A stretch of 64,000 bases of DNA from Dudresnaya verticillata (taxonomy: Eukaryota), in contig OZ374560.1 in NCBI GenBank assembly GCA_977862235.1, positions 2,232,001 to 2,296,000 on the forward strand. Reading direction: 5' to 3'. Each line of letters begins with the position of its first letter. Positions within the stretch are counted from its first letter, which is position 1. The notes under the pieces are model-generated. The model saw only the letters and a list, made by a program, of their open reading frames with translations, ran no database searches and was not told where the DNA came from. Below are positions 24,656-37,426 of this stretch, in pieces. Both the position numbers and the translations under genes were made by a program.

Positions 24656-25927
24656 CTATATCACCACTCGTCGCGAAGGCATATCACCATACCCAGTAAC
24701 CTTAATAACAGATAGTGCTCGGATTTGAGGGTTCCCGGTGTTGCAGTCGTCATCGTTACAAACACTGCAACAATCCTCAGTTGTGAACGTTACATCTTGC
24801 AGCATATGGGCACTTCTGCAGAGCTTAGGGCAGCAAACGTCGGTTTCACCATTTGAGAAGAGAAAGTACTGGTCTAGACATCCCGTCGACCGAGCTGTAA
24901 CATGTGCAACTCGACGCTTGCGCACTAGTGCAATTGCCGCTGGCACCCCAATATCTTGCTTGATGAGTTGCAATGTGCCATAGTCAAACAGACGATCCAC
25001 AATATTAATGCGTTCCACTCGAGTGCCTTTCAAAGAGAACAAAGTTGTTCTTCCCCAAGATCGGAAGTAAGCAAGGACCGAAACATGCCTCTGAAGCCGC
25101 TTTGTCACAACTTCAGGAGGAATCTCAGGAATTTTGGACACATCCATGCCTGCAGTTAGCTTCGCGAATTTAGCCGTATACAAGGGAAAGAAGACACGCC
25201 TCATAAGCAGTTCAGGACCCTGACGGCGCTTGCAGCGGATACCATTGAACGAAAAGGCAACATGATGCTCTAGTATTGACAAAGAGCTACTCCTCTGTAC
25301 TCCCAATAGATGCAGCCTAATGACCATAGCCACCACCTCGAACAGCACCCGAAGAGCATTGTCTTCTCCCTGTCCCATCGCGAAATGAGCTTCGAACCTT
25401 GAACAAACGCCCTTGTTCGAGGGGTCGTAAAACAGGTTAATTCCTGCTGGGAGACGAGCTAAGCTCCTGATGGAAATTTCACGTGGCGGCTTCTGTAGTT
25501 CTTGGGCGGCCATTTTCCAGATGTCATTGACGCGGTTTGCAATGCGCTTGGGGAGATGAGTAAGTTGGCTGTCCGGGAAATCTTCTTTTGGTAGGTAGAA
25601 CAGCGTAGCATCCAACTCTCTCATGTACTGTATTTCTCTGTCAACAGCGCCCAAATCGTACATATTCTCAAAAGCTTGCAGTGACTCGGCTTCAAGACAA
25701 ATAGAGGCCGTTACCTGAGCAGATGGATAGCGCTTGGCTAGAAAAGGCATGAAATGATGCAGGTATTCTCCATAGAAGGCCTTTGTCAGTTTGCCGGGTA
25801 CACCACGACGGCCCAGCAGGAAGAAACGAGTATACTGGGCATGGAAGATACTCAATGCGGGCGTGCAGGATGTCTGTGCAGACGAAGTCACAGACAGAGC
25901 GCAAAGAATCAAGAGTACCGAAAGCAT
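24656..25927 (-). CDS. Secreted protein of unknown function with Cys-rich C-terminus (about 423 aa)
   Basis: Long ORF; ATG at 25927 is followed by a signal peptide (MLSVLLILCALSVTSSA); C-terminal C..CCPKLC..CCSVCNDDDC cluster. Confidence 0.8.
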   Translation of the reverse strand: MLSVLLILCALSVTSSAQTSCTPALSIFHAQYTRFFLLGRRGVPGKLTKAFYGEYLHHFMPFLAKRYPSAQVTASICLEAESLQAFENMYDLGAVDREIQYMRELDATLFYLPKEDFPDSQLTHLPKRIANRVNDIWKMAAQELQKPPREISIRSLARLPAGINLFYDPSNKGVCSRFEAHFAMGQGEDNALRVLFEVVAMVIRLHLLGVQRSSSLSILEHHVAFSFNGIRCKRRQGPELLMRRVFFPLYTAKFAKLTAGMDVSKIPEIPPEVVTKRLQRHVSVLAYFRSWGRTTLFSLKGTRVERINIVDRLFDYGTLQLIKQDIGVPAAIALVRKRRVAHVTARSTGCLDQYFLFSNGETDVCCPKLCRSAHMLQDVTFTTEDCCSVCNDDDCNTGNPQIRALSVIKVTGYGDMPSRRVVI

Positions 25928-28900
25928 CGTTAGGGGAAGTTGATAAAGTTGTCGAGAAAGAATGTTGTGTGTTCGTTTGGTCAAACATGTCGGATGCCTT
26001 TAGACTGGAAAAATGTTTGGAAGGGGCTGCTATTATAGTCTTCGCCTTGGGTAGTCCTAGCGTTTCCCCAGCTGCGAAGAAGACTTTGATCGAGAACAGC
26101 AGATTCAAACGCAATGCGAATTCCTTCCCACAAGGCAATTCTCGCAAAAAACTTAGCCTTGCAGCCTCTCCGAATAAAAGGACTGAAAATGCGTTGTATC
26201 ATCCATGCTGTACAGGGTGGCGGAACAGAATGACTAGGGTCTATCTCTTCTTCAAAAATCCCGAATCCCATTCCACAGTCAAGGTGGTGTTTATCCCTGG
26301 GCTGAAGCATGTCTAAGCATGCACAAGCTCAATGAGACTGTATCTCGACAGAATATTCCTTCTAATAATGATAGAATAATAATAATCAGCAATTTGGGAG
26401 CTCGGCTAAAGGATGCAGTTTATGCTACGCCTCCAGAACTTCAAACCAATGTAGCTTTGAATATGAATGCTTCATGTCTTCAAATTGCGGTCCTTGATAC
26501 ACATGAGATATGAGGAGAACAGGAATGCTGAACAGGACTTTTACAGGAAGCTCAACAAAACTCACTCCGGGAGTTTGCCTGCTATTCTGCCCAATTGCTT
26601 TCGATCTGAATGCAGCCACAGATTGTATAACACACTGTTTGTTACCTCAACACTTGCAATGCACACACATGACAACGCAAGTTCGTCTTTATGCATTTTG
26701 TCGACCTTCGTGCCTGGTCATTCGTCAATGGCCTTGGCTTTCCCAGAAGCAAAATATTGCAGCCTGGTAAATCTCGGTTGGTGGCATGAGGCAGTGCCTA
26801 TTGAGCAGCCCTGTTGTCGCCGACGGATATTTTCGATTACGGAGAACTCTGCCAGCGGATCGATGAAACAAAGGTCCGAATTCAACACTGCTACTTCGGC
26901 ATCGCCGGTGGTTTGGCCATGCTGGCAAATTCAAACTGCTTTTTGCTCATGACTCCCAAGATCCCCCTCATCCTGGAATTTTTGTTGAGTAGCTTAGACT
27001 TGCAAGATAGAGTTCTATGCCAGTAATTTAGGAAAGAGTTCGCAGAGATTCTTGAGTTTCTTCTTTTGGTCACGTCCAAGAGAACAACAGTCCCAGGATT
27101 TTCTACGCCGTCGAGACTTGCTTGCAGTCGACACGGGAATTTACATACGAGGAGTGCTGAAAGCCTTGCAAATGTTGCTGCGAACTAGAAGGTCTCGCCA
27201 CAGCTAACAATGACATGCCCAGCTTCGCCTGGTCTGCGAAGAAACTGGATGTGCGTGAGAGGTTTTGAAGATCTCTACCCCTTTATCTCCCTCCGCGCCC
27301 GCCTCGCGCACAAATACCCGTTGCGTTGTCCACTTGCCAATAAAGACCGCGACGACATCGGCGGCGGCGGAGAAATGAGACAGCAGCTAGATCTAAACCT
27401 GTAGACCTAAGCAGCTCTACATTGCAGAACTATGACCCGGTGCTACAATACCAAAAGGATCCTCACTCGCCATTCATCCATTTCTCTGCTAAACTCCACA
27501 CCTCATGTTTTATATGCTGGTTGATTAGGTGCCTCCCCGACTATCACAGCAACCTGTATCCCGCACAAGTAAATCTATTCTTTTATAAAATGAGTTTCGA
27601 CTACCATGAATCGTCACATAATGGTTCCTTAACTTCATTTCAATGTTTCCTGGCATTTGTTGTTCTTTTTATGTTTCAGAGCATGGGACGCATAATCACA
27701 TTGTTTACTGCTGGTGAAGCCAGCGCCACAGTGATGATTCAACTCTAATGGATTGTTTAAGGAGGTCCCACGCCGCAGTACTGTCACGCTGTTGGATTCA
27801 AATTTTCAAAAACAAGTTCGTAGTCTGCAAAACGCTTGGAACAACGCCCCTTCCGCCTTCGCCACTTCCAGTTCTTAGCCGCGCAAGCGAAGCACTTTTA
27901 TATTCGTGCACAGATCCAGAATAGACCTCCACCTCGCGCCCACATTCTGCGACCTGAAACAACGTCCCGCTCAGACGTCGACGCGTTGCTCAGTTTCCAC
28001 GAGGCCTTCGCTTTACAGAGAAGGAATGCCTACTCCCCGCCTTTCTCTTCCTGGCAAGCAGCCAAACAATAGTGCCGTGCGTGATGTCATATCCGAGAGA
28101 ATGCGCACAGCAGTAGGTCAACACCTTATGCAACGTATTTCAGGTAGGCAAAGAAAAATGCAAAACTCACCGACTCCTTGTCAACATTCTGCAAAAAACT
28201 AACCTTGTCAAATGCTACCTCTTCCCTCTAGTTGTAACTGGACAAAACTTTTCAGAAGCCATTCTGAAGCACAATGCGGCCCTTATCGAGTGGTGCGCAT
28301 ATTTACGCGCCACGACAAGAGAAGAATATGGAAAGCTTGTTGTCTTCTTCCTGAACCAGCTCGCAGGAAACCAGGTCATGCTACACAGGACGGGTTGTTT
28401 AAGACCTGTTTTCCTGAAGAAACCTCAAAGATTGCGACAGCCCTATACCGAAGAAACAACACCAGGGGGTATATTGCATGCTGACCTTATTGCCAGTTTC
28501 ATTTCCGAGAATGTTAAACTGAGGAAGGAGCTTGTTTTGATAACGGAAGCATCAAGCTCAGTTGGCATGACAGGTGTGCCACAAAGGGTTGCAGAAAACA
28601 ACTCGTCCAGGCACGGTCAACAGAGAGGTGGCCCAGCTTCTGCTTCTGTCAGTGCTTTTGAGGTTGACCTGCAAACACGTCGACAAGAGGCCTTTTCGCC
28701 GTCAGGGCAGTAAATGACGATCGCACCTTGCTGTCAAAATGCGTTGTATCCTGGATCTTCCACCATACAGATTCTGGCGAATGCTGCCAAGTTCCAGAAA
28801 GGGCATCGGTAGAAGTCGTTTCAAGTATAGAGGTGGTGAGAGAGAAAATAATCGTGTTAACAGCTGATTTCAGCAGAGGGAAAGACGAGCCTCTTGGGTG

Positions 28901-29148
28901 GCCCGTGCTTGAGCGCGAGGGTCAACAAAAGTATGAAGCAGCGTGACGTTCTGGCGTAATTGTATTTAGTCTCTCAACGTAGCATCTATAGCCGGGCAGA
29001 GCCTGGACGTGAGCCGGCCAGCTGATCGATGCGTACGGCGAGTCGTCGGAAGAGAATCATGGTTCGTATCAATATCAGCCCCGAGGGCCCCAACCTGTTT
29101 TCGGGTGCTGGGTGTGTGTTTTCATTGTACTCTGCGGGGACGCCAAGA

Positions 29149-29250
29149 CAATCGCCACAAGCTTGCTCCTCCGCCTCTTTATGGTAGCTCTGAATCCTAA
29201 GCCCCCTTAAGGGGCTTCTCTCTTGTTCTTTAATAAAGGTCTCTCTCTCT
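29149..29250 (+). mobile_element. 5'-truncated retroelement 3' end (family 2), probable 6-bp TSD
   Basis: CCAAGA at 29143-29148 and 29251-29256; near-identical to 12817-12924. Confidence 0.85.
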
Positions 29251-29398
29251 CCAAGATTAAGAGGCGCTTCGAAAGTGAAATTAATCTCTAATCTGCAGGA
29301 TAATACTTCTTAGAAGAGTCGCATCTAAGATGGCTATGTCAGCCTTTAGCCAGAATAGGCATCTCCTTTATAATCCATCATGCTCAGGTGTTAACTCT

Positions 29399-30553
29399 TT
29401 AGCAATTCAGCCGCACACCGCCACCAATCAGCTCAGTTGACGCTGGAATCCAGTCAAAGAAAGGCGCATCTTGCTTGACATACCCTAGCCCCGGAAACTG
29501 CTCATGGTAAGAAAGGACGAGATCCCTCCGTTTGGCGAGCACTTTCAAATACTTCAACCTACTTCGAATAGCCAGAAGTGGTGATTCATCCACCGCAACG
29601 ATCCATTCGGGGTTTTGCACAGTGTCCGGCTTCGGTATAGATAAAAGGGGAGTTGGTTAGCTGACAATCACAGATCAATTCGATATCCCAGAAGCAGAAT
29701 CAGACTATATGTACCTTTGATCCCCAGGAATCGCCGGATACGACGAACCTGCCGCCAATGCCGTTTTCGATCTCCACAGAGTTATGCCCGAAACTGTGAC
29801 CGCGTACCGGAACCATTTTCACACCTGGTAACGGGGACGCATTATCGGCCACTAGCTTGAGACGACCGTTGTGGAGGTAGGGCTGCACGCTACGCATGTA
29901 GATCTGCGCGGCGGGCGTGTCGTCTGTTTCATTCACATGGCGAAAAACAACTCAGACAAGCGTCAAGGTTAGCACCAGTTGAGCAGATTACTCTCTCGCA
30001 ACAAACAAGAAACAACTGGCAACATACCATTTTCCTCTGCACTCTCAGCAATACGCACCCAGAATCGATGCTCTGCCTCCCCAACGTAGATGATAGCGTT
30101 TTCGAAAGCGGACTCTCCGGACGGCGTGACGAGCCCAGCGACATGGTCCGGGTGGCCATGCGTGAGCAAGACGGCGTCGACGGATGCGGGGCGGATGCCT
30201 GCGGCGCGGAAGTTGGGGAAGAGCATGCCGGTGGAGCTGTTGAGCAGGTTGGAGGCGCCGGCGTCGATGAGGACGCGGCCGGCGGCCGGGGTTTGCACCA
30301 GAGCGACATTCTGGGCGTAGACGAGCGGGGTTGCGGAGCGGAACGAAGCTTGGAACGACGCCTTCACGGAGGCGAACGGTACGTTGAACAGGTTGGACTC
30401 GAAGACTAGCGGGCCGTCGGATAGCACTGTTATGTTGAGGAGGCCCCATGTGTGGAAACGCACGCCGGGGTTGGATTGGCACGCCACGGTGGTGCGGAGC
30501 GGTGCGAGGCAGAGGAGGACGAGGAGGAGCGGGGTGAGGGGTGGAGAGTGCAT
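29399..30553 (-). CDS. Secreted metallo-beta-lactamase-fold hydrolase (MPH / AHL-lactonase-like), 3 exons: 30553-30028, 29923-29715, 29629-29399
   Basis: Motifs IDAG, THGHPDH, GHSFGH, SGD and YHEQFPGLG across three ORF pieces. Both introns are GT..GCTAAC..AG and splice in frame (966 nt, 321 aa); signal peptide LLLVLLCLAPL. Confidence 0.85.
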
Positions 30554-32786
30554 GGCTTTGTGTAACTGGGAGGTTGGAGAGTGCGCAGGGGGCGGGAGAC
30601 GGTGTATGGTTGCAGGCCGGTTTGGGGACTTGGTTGGGGTGACGGGGTGGGTCTGTGCGCGCACGGTGGTCGGGGCTTGCGTCGTTTATACCCGGCGACA
30701 AGGGCGAGGAAGCAAGAAGTCGAATGCAACGCCAGCATCTGGCAAGGCGCGGAAGGAGGCCGACCTTGGCGTGGTACGTGTGCGGCGCATCTGTGTTGGA
30801 GACGGCCAGTGCGTTCGCGCGAGATGGACGATGGGAAGGACGCGGGGGGCTGCGGTGGTTGGGGATGGAGGCGGGCGATGGTCGGCGGATGAAGGAGAGA
30901 GGTCGCGGTGGATCGGAGTGAGGGATTTCGCGGCTCCATGATGCGCGATCTGGTTGGCGGCGATGGAGCGCGAGTGGGTAAATAGTGTTACTTTATTTTT
31001 TGAATAATAGTAATTGGTTCATTGTCTATTTGCTTGTTGAAGCATCACCTTTTAGCTTCCGTATCGTAAGCATTGCTCGCAATTGGGAGACGGGAGCTTT
31101 GTTCTTTCTCTCTTGGAAAGGCTTTGAGAAACATGACGATGTCTCCAATAATATTGTTGTAATATTATTGAAGGCATCGTTAATGTATTATTGTATTGTT
31201 GTTGTCGTTACTCGGCAGTGCTACGAAGTAACAATACCTTACGGGCGGAGCGGCATCAAATGCAATTTTTGGCCATCGAGTGTTGCCGGGACCTGTGCTT
31301 CTCTTTCCCTGCTGCTACGAGAAATTTATGACGTAAACGAGAGTTATTTTCTCGACAATACTGATGCTTGTGACGTTCCAGAATAATTATCCCGGGCGCT
31401 CGTAATTTTCTTAAGAGGATTTCATTGTAAACAGCGGGACATCAAAGTAGTTACGGTGCATTTCCAAGCAAGTGGCAAAAGAAAAGCGAATTCTACAAAG
31501 ACCAAAGCTCTCTTTACTTGTCAGGACAAAAAGCCTGTGCTATCGCCCCGTGCTGTCAACGGATACCAGTGGAGTGATTCAAGATTATTTTTTGCTATTG
31601 AGATTATTCCTCTACACACTATCCACACATTGTTGTTCAACACAGTCATTACATTCACCTTTCTTCAGAGAGTTCTGTTTACAAAAAAAGAAGGACTTAT
31701 ATCATCGCGCAGCAGCTTTTGTGGTCCCAAGCTATGAGAATAGCTGCAGAACTAGAGATTGGAGCTAACTCGATTATGCCAGCAACGGATCTGCTGGGAA
31801 TGACTCTAAGGTGATGACAATTTTCATGTGCTCGCACCCCGCGTACTAATTCCCCTCAACCCGTTTGTAACCTTAGCTCTTCAGTCCATCGCCGTGGGCC
31901 TTAGTCGCTGGTACATTTCAAGCCCTACTACTAATCCTAGTTCCCTTAAGCCGGTTTGGAGGCCGTCGTTGTTTTACTCAGTAAAGATCCTTCTCTCTCT
32001 TATCAAAAATGTGTGTGGCAGTCATTTTATGCAAAGGAAGGCATAAAACCCCGGGAGCCAGCGTAAGATTTAATGGGGCTTTCACTACGATCAACCACAA
32101 AGCTACGAAGATTGGTAGCAACCGCAGTGTATTGCAAAAAGGGGGTAGGGCTGAAGGCCAGAAAACCTCAAAGGTAGCTTTTCGAGCAGAATGCAGACAT
32201 GCGACTTTGCCGAGAACTGGAGCGCCCCCAAGTCCTTCACCCCGGGTCAGCCATTGCCGTTGAATAGCCTACGAAGATTCCGTTGGACGAATATAGTACG
32301 AGACTGTCCGCGACCAGAACGAGGGGTTCTCAAGTTTGCCCCGGAGGGGAATCATGGTCCATGGGCCGGCCATCCTTTTGGTGTCATCTCAGCAAAAGTA
32401 TGGATTTTTCAACGTTCTCCATGTTTACCGGGCTCGCAAATGCCACATTCCGGCATGAGATGGGCCAAGACGTCCGTTCAACGTCCAACGGCATGTAAAT
32501 TGCCAACATTATGCTCCCTCTACTCTCATTTGGACCATGTTCCTTGTGTGCTATGGCCCTATTTCCTCTAAAGGATACCCACCTTTCCATATCACTGCAT
32601 ACTAGCAAGTCACACCGGCTACATTCACAGCGAATAGATCCGTTCAACATAACTCTACAAACCTCAGAGCTCGTTGCCGGAGACAATCTTCGGTCATCCT
32701 CCGGATACTTCAACCCTCAGCCTTCCCGCTCAGCCAACGGTTGTGCTAATCAAAAATACCCCCGACTTCCCCGTAGTACGAGCAAG

Positions 32787-33539
32787 ATGCCCGTCTACAA
32801 GCCATCGAAGATGGTTCAGGCCACCAAAAACTCCATCGGCCTCGCCCGACCGATCCACAAGAAATTCACGTGCACTCACAGCGGATGTGGCAGGGTGTTT
32901 GCACGAAGGAACTATCTGTGGGACCACGTCCGCACGCACAGTGATGTGAAGCATTACAATTGTCAGTACTGTGATGCCTCGTTCAAGTGGAGATCCAGCC
33001 GTCTCGCTCACCATAAGGCGCACATGAGGGCGCAAGAGAAGATCCAATTGCAGTCTATCGGTCTTCATGACACCTCCGTAGATCTGGAGATGACGACTTG
33101 CACAGATGTGAACTCAATAATCAGCGATTTCCTGTTCAATGCAACTCCGACTGGACAAACGGGGAGGCCTCGAACCAGCCCTGATGATGAGGGTATCTTT
33201 TCGAATATCTTCAATGAGACAACGCGTTTCACCTCCCCGGATAGCTTCAACGTACCAGAGGAACCGAATGAATGGCAGAAATCATCGGATGAACTCCTAG
33301 AGCTTTCTCTGCCTCTTAATGTGCCTGCTCTTTTGCTGCCAGTGCCTCACGCAGACACTTCCAGTGAGAATTCTACCCCCTGGGAAGACGTAGGACTAAC
33401 TGAAGAGCATGAAAACGGACTTGAAGCACAGCTTCCCATTCTTCCTTCCCACACTATAGACCCTCCATGTTACTCTTTCTCTTCATCTGGACTCGAGGAT
33501 TCGTTAGTCGACTTTGATTCATACCTGGATCCCGAATAA
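32787..33539 (+). CDS. C2H2 zinc-finger protein (two fingers, acidic C-terminus); start uncertain (in-frame ATG also at 32553)
   Basis: FTCTHSGCGRVFARRNYLWDHVRTH-SDVKHY-NCQYCDASFKWRSSRLAHHKAH followed by a D/E/S/P-rich tail. Confidence 0.85.
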   Translation: MPVYKPSKMVQATKNSIGLARPIHKKFTCTHSGCGRVFARRNYLWDHVRTHSDVKHYNCQYCDASFKWRSSRLAHHKAHMRAQEKIQLQSIGLHDTSVDLEMTTCTDVNSIISDFLFNATPTGQTGRPRTSPDDEGIFSNIFNETTRFTSPDSFNVPEEPNEWQKSSDELLELSLPLNVPALLLPVPHADTSSENSTPWEDVGLTEEHENGLEAQLPILPSHTIDPPCYSFSSSGLEDSLVDFDSYLDPE

Positions 33540-35219
33540 AAGGTACTTGAGTCGCCAATCTGGAACGTGCCTCATCCATGTACAGAAACGGAACTGCCCG
33601 CCCACTAGTATCTCAGCCTCCCATCTCCTTCACTTATGCCTCCCAAATCAGTGAGGATCCGATCGTTAGTATTAGTGCGGATGATGTATCTATTCCGACA
33701 GCGAAGATCAACGCAGGTATCTGAAACTTGGTCACCTGTATGATATTGGGCCCTTTTCTGTTGCGAACAACCTTCCCGGTGAACTTGAGAGAAGCGTTCT
33801 TCCTCTACCCCACGAAGACTGGCTACATCAAATTGTCGCGACTCCAGTAAGAAATAAATGGTAGACGAAGGGCGTTACCGTCATGCACGCAGAATTCTTC
33901 CAAGTCCAATTGACTTTCGAAGATCTTGACTCCGGCCAAGGGATTTACAGGTTCTCTTCCGTTTTGGAACAAATGTCGGCGTCTTCTCGGAGCCCCAGCC
34001 CTTCCTCATAGTCTCTTCCCCTTATAGGACCCCATTCTACGCCTTGGTAAAAGCGATGTCCCCCCCCCCGAATACATTAGAACGTGGCGAGGTTGAGAAG
34101 TCCTTGGAAACAATCAAAACAATCACTGAGACTTCGGAGATTAGAGTCTGGTTCGAAGTTCGATCTCACTTGTGCGTCATTCGCAGTATCTAAAGGGAGC
34201 GCAATATAATGCGACCAACGTAACGGATGTTATATGCCAGCACCAGAAGTGGAAAGAAATGACCCATTCGACATGCTTGGAAGGACATCTAGGCTAGGGA
34301 AAGAAAAAGAAGCTATCTGCGAGAACAGCACGATAACCGAATATGTCCGGGTCACGGATATCGTTGCGTTATTCGATGAAATCGAAAAAGAACCGGAAAG
34401 CCCAAGTTTCTTGAATCTTACTGACAAACTAACTATGTAAAAGCTGGGTGAACAATAACAGCGGGTTACTGTTGATAGCAAAGTTTACAACAGTGTAACG
34501 AAGCAATAGGTAAAGCAAGAACCTGATAAACATGAGCGGGTAACTGTGGCTGTCCGCTTCTTGTCTCAGTAGTAACAATGGATGCTTATATAGTCATGCG
34601 AACGGTAGTTCCATTAGTTAGTAACAAGAAACTGAGCATAGGACTGTATCGATGACTCAGATAGATCGACGTGTAACAAAGAAGTCGATACGATAACATA
34701 TCAGCATCAAACTATGTCCTACATGTTACATACTAACTATCCAAGAAAGAGGGGGCTCATATCCCCCACAATTATGTACCCTGTTCTTTTCCGCTGCCCA
34801 CCGATGATGACATTGATATGAAGATTGAAGAAGTCGACCCCATAGGGCAGTACCTGTTGGAAAGGATTAGCACTCACTCTTTTCTTTTCTGGGAGCTTGG
34901 AAACAGTCTGGGAACGAGAAGTCTTTTCCTCCCATTTGTGTCGAAGAAGATTGCTTCCCACCTGAAGATCGAAGGTTTCCCATTGAAATTGAAATATTCC
35001 GTCTGAAGCATATCGACTTCCAGAACGGATGGGAGCTTTCATGGGAGAGGCTGTGACAAAGGGCTAGTGTGTCTCTGCCGTGGAATCGAATAATGGCGAC
35101 CCAAGAGAACATTTCCACAACAAATAGCTGATTGCTAACGATCCACTGCACACATGCATTAGAATTCTTCACCAACGAACTCTCTTTGCAAACTCGATAT
35201 CCCCCCTCTCAATTACCTG

Positions 35220-35599
35220 AGAGAGAGGAGACCTTTATTAAAGAACAAGAGAGAAGCCCCTTAAGGGGGCTTAGGATTCAGAGCTACCATAAAGAGGCGG
35301 AGGAGCAAGCTTGCGGCGGTTGACACTCACCGCGACGCATTGGAGAACTAAAGAGAGTAAACGAGTAGTGAGGCGAAGTTTCTCCGTAGACGGAGAGGTT
35401 CTGCGCTTGCTGGCAATGAAATTAGCAATACGTTCGGCGCCAACTTCAAAGCCAGATCCAACACGGCCATAGACATCTACAACCATAGGATGGAGAACCA
35501 TATCCAAACTAGCGCATACGCGGCGGTAATGAGAGCGTTTGACACGTTCGCGAGCTGCAATGGCTTGGCCAGCAACGACACCAGTGGAACCATGAATAG
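35220..35599 (-). mobile_element. 5'-truncated RLE retrotransposon (family 2) retaining the endonuclease C-terminus, 9-bp TSD
   Basis: AATTACCTG at 35211-35219 and 35600-35608; encodes RERVKRSHYRRVC..LHPMVVDVYG..GFEVGAERIANF, homologous to the C-terminus of 43499-46120. Confidence 0.9.
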
Positions 35600-36649
35600 A
35601 ATTACCTGCCACGTCATTAAGTTAAAATGTTACGCAGTGGTGAAGAGGCAGACTGAAATCAAAGCTGATTTTTACTTACGTCGTTGGCAGCGATTGGACT
35701 GGACGGTCTGGACGGATTAAAGAGGTTCTTCTGTCCGCTCAATTTTGGTGCGGATGTGTTGATCATAGAGGCACTCTGGATCAAGCGGGTGCTTTCGTCG
35801 AGTTAACTTTCCTCCTCCCTTCTCCCTTGTCGCTCTTTCCTGTCCCTTGCGTACAGCTTCTAGTCTATAATAGAGCTAAAATTGCAGTTACAAAACGTTT
35901 TGATACATGACGTCCTCCTTGTGTATGCAGCAAACTACGACTGCTTACATCATGGAGGTGATAGAACCATGTATCACTCTCCTCTGCCAAGTACAGTCAT
36001 CCACTCTTTCTTGGGGATGACGGACTTTCGCTGTTAATGTGCCGTGGAAAATATTATGTTCGCGTGCTATTATGTCACAGTAGTTATATCTAGTCAGTAG
36101 GAGGTGGGTCTGCAATGGGTCATGTAAGTTGCCCGTACTACCGTGCACGTTACAGACCCACTAGAAATCAAAAACTTTAATATAACGACCATCGGAGACC
36201 TTGGAGTAGCCCAGTACCGCAGATAACAAAAAACACAACGGTTGCCCTTTTGAAAGGGCTTTCACTAAGCTTGAACTCCTTATACAAATATCAAACATTT
36301 TTAGCACGACGGCCAACTAGCCCGTTTCGGTTGACTGCGACTGGCACGCATTCTAGAGTGGGATAGGTCAAGATATAGAACCAGCTTGTCAGCGGTCGTC
36401 GAACTTCTCTTCACCTCAGCCGTAAAATTGGTGGTGTGCGGCGAACCGCTGTCGAAGCTACTAAAGAAGGAGCCATTGATTTCCAAGATTACTGAGAATA
36501 GGGTGACAGTTTTCTCAACATTAGTGAGATATACCTTATGAATGGATAGAGCAGTTTAACGATATCGAAAAGAGAAGGGGAAATGCTTTGTTCGTGATTC
36601 TCAAAGCTTTAGAGAAGCATCTACTCGTCAATGTCTTCGTTGAGATCAG

Positions 36650-37426
36650 TCATTGCGGAAACAGGCCTAAGCTTCGCTCCACCATGCTTTCATCTCTGCC
36701 ACCTCTGGGCGTGTCCGGCTCAAAGTCTGACATCTTTGCAACGGCCTTTTCGATGTCATTTTCAACCTTGGCGAGTCCTTCTGCAATTCGAGAGATGTCT
36801 TGGAAATTGAGCTTCTCCTTTTTCAGCATGCGAGAGAGCACAGCACTTTCGATAAGCCTCAGCTTAACTACATTCAAGTATTCAGAATCTTCCGGGCCAA
36901 TGTATAGCGCCTGCGAGAGGAGAAAGTCTATCTCGCTCGCAGTTAGCTCAGACATATCCAACACAGCCAAATCTGTAACATACGCCACTCCTGACTTGTT
37001 CTTCTCCACTCCCCACTTTTGAGCCGAGACAGAGTAAGAGTACACAAGTAATCTACTCGAACAAATGCGTTGTTCATGAAGAGAACGACAAAGTCTTTCT
37101 TTTCCTGTGACTGCCCATTACTAACCCCTAAGAGCTTTCTGAGGCCATCTGTGAGAAGGCCCTGTGCTCCCCGAAAAATCTGCCAATGCCTCCATGATAT
37201 CAGCATTAATATCTTTACCGGCAGACGTACGAATTTGAGAGACACGCATGATTGTGCGACCACCTGCGACTTCATATTTCTTCACGGCTTCAGCGTTACC
37301 ACGAGCGCTTTTCATTTCCGCCATCATAGCATCTCTCTTGTTGCGGAGAACCATTAACATTTGGTCAATTTCTGCTTTCTGCTCAGTAGCTGCAGTAGAG
37401 GCCGCATTGCTAGCAACATTTCCCAT
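36650..37426 (-). CDS. Probable spliced gene of unknown function with N-myristoylation-like start (MGNVAS)
   Basis: Two adjacent protein-like ORFs (37121-37426 and 36650-37045) and a GTTAGT donor at 37125; the acceptor could not be resolved with confidence. Confidence 0.45.
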
